From Eledone cirrhosa (taxonomy: Eukaryota): a stretch of DNA of 64,000 nucleotides. The translations under genes were made by a program, and so were the position numbers. Numbering within the stretch: position 1 is the stretch's first letter; each line of letters opens with the position of its first letter. The stretch is from the NCBI GenBank assembly GCA_964016885.1, contig OZ024740.1, forward strand, positions 285,200,001 through 285,264,000, in the 5' to 3' direction. A model generated the notes under the pieces. The model did not search any database. It was not told the origin of the DNA and was given only the letters and a program-made list of their open reading frames with translations. Shown piece after piece: positions 1-13,227 of the stretch.

Positions 1-456
1 AATGTTCTTCCTTACTGTCGAAAGCATCAAGTAATATGCTTTGAAATTTATTCCTGGCTGTGGGGTCCTTTAGCTTCCATATTTTTCTCCTGAGGATAGT
101 CCTCTTCTGCTGTCGAGTACGTCTCGTCCTGACTATGAGGTCGCTAATTATCAGTCTATGTTGGGAGGTGCATTCTTCATGGGGGAGGGATTTAGTGTTT
201 ACAACAGACACTCTGTCACGTCTTCTGGTAAGGATATAATCTACCTGGCTTGTGTGTTCCCCGGATCTATAGGTGATCAGGTGATTGTCACGTTTTTTGA
301 AGTTAGTGTTACAGATAGTTAGGTTATTTGCATCACAGAATTCCAGGATTCTGGAGCCTTCCTCATTTCTAGTACCAAACCCATAGCCTCCATGGATTTC
401 GTCGTAGCCGTCACAATGTTGTCCAACGTGACCATTTAGGTCGCCTGCGATAATTA

Positions 457-464
<8 letters not shown>
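1..464 (-). mobile_element. RTE-clade LINE fragment (AP-endonuclease region)
   Basis: Closely similar to 60090-60400 and 60895-61045 (AGDLNGHVG, GFGTRNEEG, DYILTR motifs). Confidence 0.85.
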
Positions 465-490
<26 letters not shown>

Positions 491-663
491 GGGCATCCAC
501 CCATAGAAAACCAGCCAGAAATTCCCCTATATGAGCGAGACACGGTCACCCGACACAACTTGCCTCTAAATGGGACCTAGCTAACCCATGGTAGCATGGA
601 AGATGAACTTTAATTGATGATGTTGATGATAATGACGATATATATAGATATATATATTTCAAA

Positions 664-960
664 TCAGGATTTGGGCACCATGTCCCACTCAAGTAGAGAG
701 TTATTGTTTACGGAGGCATATCTGAGTGTAGGAGGTTTATCAGGGATTTCTTGAAGGAATTTGTCCAAAGACTTCTTGAACTTGATGGGGTCTGTTTCTG
801 TTTTAATGTGTTTTGGTCGAATGTTAAAGAGAGCGGGGCCAATTGAGGTGAAATAATTGTGCCGTATTGTTGTTATGAGATGCGAGTGAGATTTTTGTTG
901 TGGGCGGATAGCACAGGGCCCAACCAAGCCTTGGGTGTACATTAAAGGTGATGCCAACAT
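664..960 (-). mobile_element. CR1/L2-group LINE 3' fragment
   Basis: ORF ends with GPALFNI.PKHIK...FKKSLDKFLQEIPDKP, typical of a CR1-like ORF2 C-terminus. Confidence 0.7.
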
Positions 961-1017
961 CACGTTGTGCTGTTTTAGCCATAAGATAACGCCATCCCAC
1001 TGGCTGGGCGGGCAGGC

Positions 1018-1163
1018 TGGTACTCATTTCTACAGCTGAGTAAACTGGAGCAACGTGAAATAAAGTGTCTTGCTCAAGGAAACAACACATCACCCGGTCC
1101 GAGAATTGAACTCACAACCTTTCGATTGCAAGCCCAATGCTCTAACCACTAAGCCATGCGCCT
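1018..1163 (-). mobile_element. tRNA-derived SINE, family A
   Basis: A box TGGCTTAGTGG, B box GTTCAATTCT and central CCTTGAGCAAGACACTT domain; other copies at 13228, 26213 and 49990. Confidence 0.85.
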
Positions 1164-1243
1164 ATATATATATATATATATATATATTTCGTTTCTGAAT
1201 TTGTTTAGCAAGATTCTTTATCTGAAAACGTGTGTTGAAACCG

Positions 1244-1640
1244 ATATTGTTATACTTTGGGAGGGTCATGTTGCCAATAAGAAACACACGCACCAGTTGC
1301 TTTCACTCTAATTTATTATAAATTTAATTTATAATTTTAAGAATTTGTAAATTTCCGGTTAGTTGATTCCACAACCGGACGGTTGTTCATATATTGTCAA
1401 AGTTCTTTCGTCACACATTCTGTGACCTAAAAGAATCCCCAGTCACTGGAGAGGTCACAGAATGTGTGACGAAAGAACTTTGACAATATATGAACAACCA
1501 TCCGGTTGTGGAACCAACCAACCAACCGGAAATTTATAAATTCTTAAATTTATAAATTTAATTTATAATAAATTGGAGTGAAAGCAACTGGTGCGTGTGT
1601 TTCTTATTGACAACATGACCCGCCCAACGTATAACAATAT
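1244..1640. repeat. Fold-back inverted repeat (arms 1244-1428 and 1452-1640) centred on a degenerate hammerhead motif
   Basis: Arms are reverse complements over about 185 nt with a 23-nt spacer. 1442-1484 reads GTCA-CTGGAGA-G-GTCACA(GAATG)TGTGAC-GAAAG-AA-CTT-TGAC. Confidence 0.85.
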
Positions 1641-1728
1641 ATATATATATAGTTGTTGTATGGTTGAAATAAATGCATCCGTAGGCGGTATGCCGTTTGA
1701 GCACTTGATGCTTGTGCAGAAAGTGCTA

Positions 1729-1822
1729 AACATATCAGAGGAACTTGCGAATGCAGAGTCAGGTTTGATCTGTAACAGATCCTGCCTTGAGATGATCATC
1801 GGAGAAACATATGTAATATGTT
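1729..1822 (+). ncRNA. Hammerhead ribozyme-like motif (type I, long domain II, degenerate core)
   Basis: Stem I AACATAT/ATATGTT; core CAGAGGA...GAAAC-ATAT-GTA; palindromic ACATATGT; followed by AATAAA. Confidence 0.55.
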
Positions 1823-1882
1823 AATAAATTGTGTTTTAATGCATCACTGACTCCTCGTTATCTATAATATATATATTGTTAC

Positions 1883-1963
1883 CCTGGAGTTTCTCTTGCT
1901 TCTCACAGGATCATCAGACAAGATGATGACCATGTGAGAAGCAAGCCGAAACTCCAGGCAAGA
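1883..1963. repeat. Short inverted repeat made of two degenerate hammerhead cores
   Basis: Minus strand CTGATGA-TCCTGTGAGAAGCAAGA-GAAAC; plus strand ATGATGA-CCATGTGAGAAGCAAGCC-GAAAC. Confidence 0.55.
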
Positions 1964-1985
1964 TTCACTATTTAGCCTTTGTGTA

Positions 1986-3294
1986 CGAGGGGGATCAAAA
2001 AGTTTGCTGAATTTTATCGTAGCAAGAAAAAAATCAGGTTAAAACAATATTAAACATGTCAGAACATTGTCATTGGGTGTTTACCTTGCTATTAGTCACT
2101 TGCAGTCAGTCATGCGCAAACTATTGTACAGTTCTGACATTCTTTAAAAAACCTCTTTTTGGAACAATGGAAAATAGTTATTTTGAGATAAGATCGAATA
2201 TCAAGTTTCTGGTGAAACTCAAATGGAAAGGGACACAGATTATGGAGGCTTTAGTTAAAGTTTACGGTACTACTGCTCCAAAGAAAACTACTGTCTACAA
2301 GTGGATTCAGTGATTCAAACAAGAGAAAGACGACCTTGAAGACGACCATCGCAGTGGAAGACCAGGAACATCAAAAAATGACCAAAACGTTGAGGCTGCT
2401 CAGACTTTAATTGAAGAAGATCGAAGAATAACAGATAATCAGTTAGCTATGTCCCTAGACATTTCATATGGTTCGGCAAATTCAATTCTGCACGATAATT
2501 TGGGACTAAGCAAGCTTTCAGCATGATGGGTCCCAAAAGCGTTGCGCCCTGATTAGCTGATTCTTCGTAGTGATCTGTCTTTGGCGATATTAAACAAAAT
2601 TGAAGTTGATGAAGAACATTTCCTGACCAGAATCATCACCGGAGATGAATCCTGGATCTACCAGTATGATTCTGAATCCAAACAGCAAGCAGTCAAAACA
2701 GTGGCTTCCACGCGGATCATTGGGGCCAATCAAGTTCAAATCTCAAAAGTCGGATCAAAAGATGATAGCCACCATTTTCTGGCATTCAGATGGGGTGATA
2801 CTAATAGATTATCTTGAAGATCAAAGAACTGTGACAGGAGCTTACTATGCAAATGTTTTAAGGAAGCTGAAATAGTCAAGAAACGAAAAGGGAAACTTCA
2901 TGGTGGGATCTTGTTTCACCATGACAATGCACCAGCGCATTCTGCGCGGGTTGTAAAAGAAGTTCTTCGAGAATTTCGATGGGAAGTGCTTCCTCACCCG
3001 CCTTATAGTCCAGATTTAGCCCCATCATACTTTTTCCTCTTTCCAAAACTCAAAGAAATGCTAAAAGGAACCCGTTTTAGTGGTGTTGAAGAAGCTAAAA
3101 ACACTGCCAACACATGGCTTCGAACAAGGCCTTCAACTTTCTTTAGAGATGGCTTACGAAGCTGGAAGCATTGCCTTGTGAAGTATATTGACCTGGATGG
3201 CAACTATGTAGAAAAATAAATTGAAGGTAAATCATATTTTTTGTAAAATAGATTATTTTCTGAAAAATTCTGCAAACTTTTTAATCCCCCCTCG
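1986..3294 (+). mobile_element. Full-length mariner transposon with a pseudogenised transposase (probably irritans/Hsmar2-like)
   Basis: TIRs CGAGGGGGATCAAAAAGTTTGC / GCAAACTTTTTAATCCCCCCTCG with TA TSD. Transposase 2167-3219 has WVPK, TGDESW, HDNA and YSPDLAPS motifs, broken by stops and frameshifts, with the third catalytic D changed to Y. Confidence 0.95.
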
Positions 3295-3689
3295 TATATA
3301 TATCTATATCTATATATATAATGTGACATTAGTTTGGGGCTGCTTGTGTGCCCTCCTGTTCACTCTTCGAGGGTCTGGAGGTGGCCTCCTCTGTACAACA
3401 AATCTTTGAGGTAACTTTTTCATGTTAATTTTATGAGCCTACTCTTCATGTTGGCTCAAGGCATGTTGGAAGAGAGTGTTTGTAAAGTAACGCAAAAACC
3501 AATGTTTTTATCGTGACACCATCACTAGTTGGGCTGTCAACCAAGACTCATAGAGACTCTACACCCATCCTCATTAAGAGAAGCTATCTCGCACTAGATC
3601 TTAACTTTGTACTTTAACCTTCACGGTATATACATATATGTATACATATATGCACGCATACATACACAAAAAAAATAAATGGTTGCTGC

Positions 3690-4220
3690 GCAGTATTGCA
3701 TTGCTCTAGGTTGGGCAGCTTTCAACAAGAACAAAGAAATACTAACATCAAAACTAGTTTCCTATCATTTGAAGGCTAAGATCTTCGATACTTACATCCT
3801 ACCAGTTGTGTTATATGGTCTTAACTAAACTAATTGGACGACAAGGTCACTTCAGAAGCTCTTTACATTCCAGAACCACATCATGAGACTTGTGACTGGC
3901 AAGCGGCTCAGCGACTGTATCTGTATCAGTGAGCTATTCAACATTACCAGACTTAGACCAATTACATCAATTGTCAAGTCAAGAGTACTCAAACTATACG
4001 GTCATATAAAAAGTTCAAGTCATGGTGTGAGTAGGTTATGCCTGGAAGGAAGATTGGCTGGTAAGAGAAGCAGAGGCCGGCAGCCAAAACAATAGCTTGA
4101 CAATGTCAACCTCTTGACTGGACTTGATCTTTGCTCTTTAAACTCTGCTGTTGGTGATTGAACTTTGTGGAGAAAAATATCACATATTGATGCACAGTCT
4201 GCAACTGGCAGAGTTTAGCA
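3690..4220 (+). mobile_element. RTE-like LINE 3' fragment
   Basis: ILPVVLYG...LKLYGHI...LEGRLAGKRSRGRQPK motifs. Confidence 0.7.
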
Positions 4221-4236
4221 TTAAAGAAGTATATAT

Positions 4237-4352
4237 AATTGTTTCTACTTTTAGCACAAGGCCAGAAATTACCCAGTACATTACTGGTACTTTATTTTAT
4301 CGACCCCGTAAGGATGAAAGGCAAAGTTAACCTCGGCGGGATTTGAACTCAG
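4237..4352 (-). mobile_element. tRNA-derived SINE, family B (partial)
   Basis: GCCTTTCATCCTTACGGGGTCGATAAAATAAAGTACCAG domain shared with the copies at 6053, 16116, 33581, 34572 and 36047. Confidence 0.8.
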
Positions 4353-4871
4353 ATATATAATGCAGTGTAATTTGGTAAAGAATATCGAAGGTTAGGAGAG
4401 CCCTCAATCCATGTGATGTGGATGTGTTGTGGTATACAAATATTTATTACACTAGTTATACTGTAATTTAGGTACACATGTTTCTTTGGCTGCCTATTTC
4501 AAGATAACAAATCATCAGCCTTTCTTGGCACACAGAAATATCTGAAATAGGCAGCCAAAGAAAAATGTGTATACCTATATCACCAATTTCCCCAAGCTTC
4601 TTCCCCCATCTTCCCAAGTTCCCATCCCACACCATGAAGTGGTCCCTCTGGATCCACAACAAAAGTGCCCAGCCCTCTCTGTACAGTGGTCATGTATGTG
4701 TCAAGACAAAAGTGCCCAGTCCACACTGTAAAGTGGTCGTGTTGGTGACACAACAAAAAGTACCCACTCCACGATGTAAAGTGGTCATGTAGGTGTCATG
4801 TCAAAAAGCACCCAGCACACACAGTAAATGTGGCTGGCATTATATATACATATGTAGTATATATGTAGTAC

Positions 4872-4910
<39 letters not shown>

Positions 4911-5146
4911 CATGCCTGAAAAGTATTTATGAATGCCTGTTTTTTGCTAATGGCCACATCTTTTGCCATTCTCAATTTAGAATATTTTTGAGGTTCACAT
5001 GCTTATAAGTCTAAATGTAGCTTTTGTCTTGCCTAGGTTTAATTTTTTTCTAGTTCTCCTCTCTGATTTTTAGTTTATACCCCCTTTGTTCACCACCACC
5101 CCGCCCGGTTCTCTTTGATGCTTTCCCTGTTTGAGATACATGGCCT

Positions 5147-5502
5147 CCATCAAAACATCAAATTCATGGTAAAGCTAGGGTGAAAGAGCAGCCAAATCAT
5201 TGAGACTAGGAGCAAGTTTATGGGGGTCAATATCCCAAAGAAATCAACAACCTACAAATGGATAAGTCGTTTTAGATGTGGAAGAGATGAGGTTGAAGAT
5301 GATCCCCAGTTGAAGATGTAAAAAAAGCTGCTTTGACATGGTTTAAATTGCATGGCCCTCAGTTTTACACAGATGGACTTAAAGGCTGGTATCAACGCTT
5401 GCAGAAGTGTATTGACCTAGATGGAGCATATGTTGAAAAATAAACATCATAACTTAAACCATTTTTTTCAAACTGTCCTTTTTCAACAAACCACCCTCAT
5501 AT
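5147..5502 (+). mobile_element. Internally deleted mariner remnant
   Basis: Transposase N-terminus (NIKFMVKLG) is joined to the C-terminus (CIDLDGAYVEK*); related to 1986-3294. Confidence 0.7.
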
Positions 5503-5639
5503 ATGGAATACATCAATGAAAGTTTGATATGCCAGACTGAACTTTAATTTTACTTTACTTGAGACATATTTTAGCATAAAATAGAGACTGGTTATATTTA
5601 TATAAAACTAATGTAAATGAATTCTTATTGATGTACTTT

Positions 5640-5838
5640 TATGAGGGTTGGCTAAAAAGTTCATAGGCCGACCTAGATACTCTCATGGAATGACCAAATG
5701 AGGTTTAATTTTTAAAGTCTTTGGAAAGAAACAATACAGTTATTAAGAAGAGAAGTTGAAATTAATGCATGCAAAGTTTCACAGCACTAGCATCACTCCA
5801 TCATAGTCAGCCTATGAACTTTTCAGCCCACTCTCATA
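5640..5838. mobile_element. Mariner-type MITE
   Basis: Imperfect TIRs TATGAGGGTTGGCTAAAAAGTTCATAGG / CCTATGAACTTTTCAGCCCACTCTCATA. Confidence 0.65.
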
Positions 5839-6052
5839 TATTTATTGTATGACCTCTATAGTGTGGGTACTATGATAAAACTCAAACAGTGCACTATATA
5901 AAGTGGTAGAAAGGGCATCCAGCCTTAGAAATCATACTAAAATATGGAATGTATGAGCAAGATATAATTATCCAGCTTGTCTTGTCTCAGACCCTGACGA
6001 CTCATCCAACCCACGCCAGCATCAAAAATGGACTTAAAATGATGATGATAAT

Positions 6053-6245
6053 AATAATTGTTTCTACTTTTTGGCACAAAGCCAGCAATTACCCAGTGCA
6101 TTACTGGTACTTTATTTTATCGACCCCGTAAGGATGAACGGCAAAGTTAGCCTCGGCGGGATTCGAACTCAGAATGGCAAGGGCCGTAACTCTGTGCGTC
6201 AAAGCATAGCGTCCGACCCTCTACCGATACTGCCAATCCACCGCA
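6053..6245 (-). mobile_element. tRNA-derived SINE, family B
   Basis: Full head (GCGGTGGATTGGCAG...GAGTTCGAATCCCGCC) plus the central domain. Confidence 0.85.
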
Positions 6246-6677
6246 CATGATGATAATAATAATGATGATATACACTGTTCAGTCAAATAAAAAATATATA
6301 CTTGGAAGATTAGCTGACATTCAAATTAAAAATGTGAACTACAATATATACATGTATCTCTAGATTTCATAATAATTTCATAGTGAAGATGAATAATTCA
6401 TGCTTCCCATGAGATTTCTCCCAGTCCACATAGTTAAATATAATATTTTGTATTTCCCAGTTATTGTTTTGAAATATTGTGTTGTGGTTTCCTTTTTTCT
6501 CTTTTTTTTGTCTGTTTATTAATAAATAGTTAACAAATAGACAAAAAAACTAAGTTTTAAGGCATCTTTTCTTCTTTCTCTTGCATCAACAAAAATTCAG
6601 TTAATCATCAGCTAATTCTCAGACACACACACCAACACAGAGACAAATTATTTTATAATGTTAGCTATATATATATA

Positions 6678-7420
6678 CTAGCAGAAGTACCCGGCGTTGC
6701 CCGGGTGTAAGTCGACCTTTGGTCTGTTAGAATGTGTGAAAGTTACTTCCCGCGAATCACAGGTTCAAAACTTCGAACTTCAATGGAAAAAAATAGGTTA
6801 GTAGACACAGGTGTGTAATTTATTAATTGTAGTTACACAGTGTATCGTTGAAATTGTTCTCTGCACAACTGACGGAAGTCAAAATCGCTTGATATTGAAT
6901 GTTCAGTTAATTTAAAGCAGGGTGAAAATGTCGATTACTTTCAGGGTTTTTTTTTTTACAATTTTTGCGCTCACATGTGCAGAAGAAGAATTAAAAGGGC
7001 CCTTATCTTAACCGCGGCATAATGGCGAGTCTTTTGTGACAGTTTTCAAGAATATAGGACGTTCCTGTAAAAAGTTTTCCAATGTGTAACTTTGCCTTGT
7101 TTTTTTGCGCAAAGCCCCACTTCAGTTTTATTGATTTTTTACATCAATGCGTGATCTCTGAAGTAGATTTGAGTAGCTAAAAACCTGTCCCGGTAAATTT
7201 CCTATAGGTGAAAAAAAGTTGATCAAAATTGTATCTAGGGTTATTGCCCTTTGCCACAGCCTCAAGCCTCGTCTGACGGGATGTTGGTGATTCCTCCGTC
7301 AGCGCTTGTTGGCGACGAAGGCGAACATCAGCAAGCCTTGTCGTACGTGATGTTGGTGACTCAACCAGCCGGGAAAGACGTCTATCAGCGAGTCGAGATT
7401 CGCGCTCAGCAGGTGTTTCC
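6678..7420 (-). mobile_element. Non-autonomous Helitron (3' end clear, 5' boundary uncertain)
   Basis: Minus-strand end CCCGGGCAACGCCGGG hairpin followed by CTAG|T; same terminus type as 17408 and 20922. Confidence 0.6.
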
Positions 7421-7649
7421 TAGAGAAAATTAATTAATTCTACTGGTTAGCTAAGCCAATGGCAGTGTCAATAGTAAATGAGAAAAGTCTAACATGAACA
7501 AAAGGGAATCAAAGTAAGACAATAAATTTAATATAACTACGATTAGAATGTTGTAGTTGCTTAAAAGTGGTGACAGTTAGGATAAACGCAGTACTTGCTA
7601 ACATTAAGGGAGAATATTGCATAAAGGATTAAGAAATGAAACCTCACAA

Positions 7650-8275
7650 CAGAGATGACAAAGAACCATGAGGGCTGGCACTATGCTGTACTAGTAGACT
7701 TGGTCACCAGCATACAATGTAACCTGACCAATCTGTGTCCCCACCTTCCACAAGCACTCCCTAATAGCTATCTTCACCATCACTGCCTCCCCCTCCACAT
7801 CCAATCATTGCCCTTATCCTGTATCACGCTTTAGCTACTCCCCACCTCTAAAGCCTTTAGATACCCTCACTATCATACCCTAGTAACTACTCTCTCCACC
7901 TATGTGCATGCCACTCCACCTATGACAACTCCGCTACCACACCTTAGCTATCCTCTCCATCATTACACCCTATCAAAATCCTGGCACACTGGTAAGTACC
8001 TGCCTCAGCGTCATTGACTACACCCTCCATGCCCTCACCACTTCTGTTGCTTAGCTATTCTCACCATCACTACATTCCCCCTCCATCTACACTATCAGAA
8101 GTCAACCCCATCTCTCTTCTAACCCAGTCACTTTCATCCTTCCTCAGTATATGACCCAGCCATCTCATTCTATTTCTCTTCACAACATTCATCACTAGCT
8201 CTATTCCCATCTTCTGCAATTCATTGCTTACCTTCTCTCTCTGAGCAATACACCACTCATCCACCTTATCCATTT
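7650..8275 (-). mobile_element. RTE 3' fragment with purine-rich tail
   Basis: VKRNRMRWLGHILRKDESDWVR motif in ORF 8070-8273. Confidence 0.65.
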
Positions 8276-11200
8276 GTTTAATATTAAATTATATTTTATC
8301 TCATTACAAAATACTAAACTTCAAATACAAGATTTTTTTTTTTCATATTTTATTTACTACTATAAATATATTTGAATTTAAAATCTTTATTATTGGAACA
8401 ACATCTTTATCTACAATGTTTTATTTCAAATAGAGAATTATAATTTATTTACTTATATATTCATTCATTTAGTTATATATTATTACAATTTGTAAACAAC
8501 AGAGTCATTGATTATTGGCTTCTAAAGAGCCAATCAACAGTTCTCTGCCTTTTTGATGAAGAGAATGATAAGGAAGTGTCTAACTTGACACAGAACAAAT
8601 ATATTAAGGGACTTCATTTGTAAAGCATTGGTTTTTCAGTTTCCACAGATATACTTCAGCTAAAAAGTACACACACATGCAAGCACACACACACACACAT
8701 AAGATGTGTTTGTGCACAGTTTCTTTCTACAAAATTCCAGACAGAAGGTATTGGTCAACCCAAAGCAATAGTAGAAGACATTTGTCTAAGGTGTTGTCAT
8801 GCAGTGGGATATAACCAACAATCATGTGGTTGCAAATAAACATCTTAGCCATACAATGCATATATCCTTAGTACTTAATTAAGGTAACTATGAGTACAAA
8901 AGAAAAAAAAAAAGACATGTAATTGTGAATATTAGCAACATGTACATTTAAAATTGTTTCTAATTCATATAGCTCTATAACATTTTCCTCAATAACCTCT
9001 ACATACTGTTTACTGTTTCTGCTTTCTAAAAACTTCTATCCTCACTCTCAGTAAGATCACAGTTTTTCTGAACACAAGATGTTGAATTAAACTATCAGAT
9101 TTCATACAGTTTGTCCCCTATGTTCTATTATAGTGAACTCCAAATGTCTGGCTGATTTCAATAACTCTTGAGAATGTCACCCTGATTTGGTTTCCTATTG
9201 CTTATTCCACACACAGATGAGAAACTTATCTTTCTATCTCTCCTTCAATCAGTGCTGGTCTGTTTCCAGTAACATTTCCAAATGATTTATTACCTATTCT
9301 CTAATAATTTGGAGAACTGAATCATGTACTTCCCAAATACACTATGAAACACTTTCAGTGGATTTGAACTCAAAACCACTTTGAAATACTATACCTATTT
9401 GTCAAATGCTATATTCATTTGACTATTTTGCCTTTGCTGGTGCTTCTGTCTCTTCTGCTAAGCTTCCCATATGAAAATTTTAAAAGCTAACAAAACATGT
9501 CTAAATTATAGTGTTCTTGCTGCCTAGAACAGTGAGATAAGCTTACATAACAACACCTACTTACAGCTAATGTCTTGCCTATGTAATCAGTATAGCACAA
9601 GAGATGGTATATGAAGCATCAATATTTTGGCCACTTTTACATTCCACCCATATTATGTACTCCAATGGAGCAAATATCATAAACGTAAGGATGTAAAACT
9701 GAAAAAATTCTGATCATTGAACCATTAAGCTATAAGTAGCAGTTCCGTATAGGCTATAGGCATGATTTCATACTTGGATAACTAATTGAAAGTAGAGGTA
9801 TTGAAGTATCATATGATAATCTAAACTGTTACTTATTCTATGTAAATCCAACTAACAGTCACAGAAAAGATTAGTCATATAAGTGAAATCTCAGTTGCAT
9901 CAATGGTTTATAATAACTATGTAAACAATTTCTTTTTCCAGTCAACTGTTACTAAATGCTAGCAGAAACAGCAGGAGCTCTTCTAAGTGCAGTGAAATTC
10001 AGTTCTGAGAAAACTGAAAACTTTATTGCCACACAACTATAATTTATTTATTACAACCTATTTTTTTTTTCCATAAAATACAGCTCCAAAGAAAAATAAC
10101 ACTAGCAATGACATTGGAGTCTTATTTGAAGCAGGAAGTTATGAGAGATCAGAATAGCCTATTAGATAAGGTGTCAAATTCCAGGGCAGAAAATAAATAA
10201 ATAAATAAAAACAGGTTTATCTGCAGTTTGTAGCAGATATATCTCTCCATTCATTAATGAACTAGGGCTTAATATTCTGTGAAAATTTAATCTAAAATAC
10301 CCATGCTCATAAACAAAATATTGTCTTTAAATCCTTTGTGGTTGGGGAGTTCTGTAGAGTACGAAATATGCCATTGAAAAAAGTATATGATTCAGATCTT
10401 ATAATTTATCAAAGCATTCAAATGATTTGAAATTTAAAATGTTAAAATCGAAACACAGACTTGCTACCGTGATCATTGTAGCGAATCCGTGTCAGTAATC
10501 CAGGTTTATATCCAATGTGATAGCTTTTTTATGTCATTTATTCTGATAATACATTTGTGAATGTCATGGATGTTATAACTCTCATAACCCTTTCTGATCT
10601 CAAGTTAAGAGTTCTGATTACTCATTGATAAATAACATGAACCAAGACAGCTCAAACAATTGATACCATCTATTACACTGATACATGGGATAAATAAATA
10701 CTTATCCATATATATTTTGTTATCGTATATGTGATATCAATTAAGAATATAGTGTATTTCTTGCAATTGAAGATGCTATTTTTTCCATAAAACATGTCTT
10801 GAAAATTAACCATACATCCTAGAGGATGAAGATTACAGTTTTCATCAGCTTATTTTAACCCAAGAAGAAGGTTATCTATGCTAGACAGTAATTTGAACGC
10901 CCGTATATGACCTCTAAATGAAGTATATAAATTATTCTGAGTGAAGATATATATATCATCATCATTACCACCACCATTTACGTCCGTTTTTCCATGCTAG
11001 CACGGGTCAGATTAGTTGAAAAAATTCAATCTTTTATTAAGGGTAAATGGTAACAGAGCCAGCTGACTAGTAGTAGTTTACATGTGTATCAATTTTACCA
11101 GTATTTTCACTCATTATTAAGTGACAAAGGAAGTAAAATTGCAGTATGTTAAAAGAGTTATCTGGTAAAAGTAAAAGGAAAAATGCAGACTATAAGCTAT

Positions 11201-11667
11201 CAACAGGATCTATATGTCACTAAGTTGCTAACAAAATATCTTGGCAAAACTACTTGAAAAGGCTGAGACTTTGTTTCTATGTTTATATTTTTCTCAAAAT
11301 GTTCAAGTTAAAACAAGTGTCTTTGAGGTTGGAGTGTTCTTAATAACAAGAAATACTCTGTTTCTTCTTCTACACATCCGTTACTGATACCATGATGGAA
11401 TTCCTCCTCCAGTCACCTTGTTCAGCATTACAATCTGAAATTCCCTTGCTTCCAATCTAGTATCATCTTCAAGAACATCTTTCAGTGTGATGTTTGGTTT
11501 CCCAACTCATTTGGTTTCCAGAGAACAACTCTGCCATCAAGTTCTTTGCGTATTACAATAGCTCCTTGAACTTACTTTTCCCACCCTATTTTTTCTCTGG
11601 ATAGTATATTTTGGAAACAGCCATTCCCTAACCTGCACTAGATAAGAAAATGATGACATATTATACA

Positions 11668-11698
<31 letters not shown>

Positions 11699-13227
11699 GT
11701 GATGGACATCACCATCATCATCACCACCACCACCACAGAGTGTGCTTCGTGTAGTTTATTGTGGCATCAGTACAACCAGTTTAAAGAGTGTGTTAGGTGT
11801 ATTTTATCATGGCACTAGCACTACCACAATACACAGTCTACTGGTGAATATTATTGACACCAGCAATACCACTGTATGGTGTGTACTGGGCTCATTATAT
11901 ATGCATATATATGTGTGTGTGTATGTGTATATATGTGTGTGTGTATATATATATATATATGTGTGTGTATCTATATTAGCGTGTAAAAATGGATGCTAAA
12001 TGTTGATGATGATGATGATGATGGTATGTATATAAATATATATATTAATAGATATATATACACACACACACACATATATTTGTACATATGTGTATGTATG
12101 TCAATGTATTTGTTTGTCTTTTCTCTTCTCTTCACATTCAATATCGCAGGCAGTGATGTTTGTTTAAATTCTTTACAAACACAGATCCCACTGCTCAACA
12201 GTTAAATATGCAGAAATCTGTATCTTGTTTAAAAAACAAGTGAGATTTGGTATCAAGAAGGACATCTGGCTCTAAAATTCTGCTTCAAAAAGACTTGTCC
12301 ATCTCATGACAGCATGGAAAAAATGGACATTAAACTGATGGTAATTAGGATAAAGACCTGATTTGTAAGTTTCATATAAACTTTTTTAAGTTTTAAAATT
12401 GAAGATTAAAAGAAAAGAAAAGAAACTCTCATTGTAAATTTCATTCCTAAAATTAACCATAGAATTTATTTTATTAATTGAATTATTACATATAAAAATG
12501 AGAAAACTTATAGCTAGAACAGCCTTTAAAACAGCTAAATGCTGTCAAAGACAGAAGACAGAGACCAGCTGCCAGTGGTCAACAGACAGACAATCCACAA
12601 GGTGAGTGACAGGTAGATGAAATATAGAGAAAAGATTGAAAGAGGAAGAGGACAAGAAGTGTGTTGCCGCACAGAAGTGACTGGAAAAAGGAAATAAAGA
12701 AAGACAATGTAAAAGACAAGTTTACACACACACATCTTCACCCATTTCAGGTCTCAAACCATCAAAATAGTTTTGCATTTTTTAATTGAATTATGTTGTA
12801 AGCTCTAAGTTGACTAAGCAGAACATGTTAAAAACAGACTATGTACCACACCTTTCAGAATCAATCTAAATATTTCCTGAATACTTCAAGAGTTGTGTAG
12901 CACAAGTAATAAGTTCCTGGTGGAACAAATCTGTTACCTAAATTTGATTCCTGGTGATAGCTATTTCACTTAATTTATTAAAATGTTGGGGAAAAATATA
13001 AGCTTCTTGGACCAAATTGGAAACCTCCAGGGAGCTGCTTAACTTGCAAAAAATAGCAGCCAAATCAAATCCTATTGTCGTAAAAAAAGAAAGAACACAT
13101 TGAATAATATTATCTGAGGTACCCTATAGTCGTAAATAAAAAAGGATGGTCATGCTTGGTATACTCTTTCTTAATCCTATGTCTTCTTGATCAGGAGTAT
13201 CCTAAAGCTAAATAACAAAATCATATT

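Noticed and set aside
10480-10820. Possible third BtpA exon (DIKK on the minus strand)
   Set aside because: Surrounding frames have stops and lack the FIRxEG/ADEG/KH motifs.
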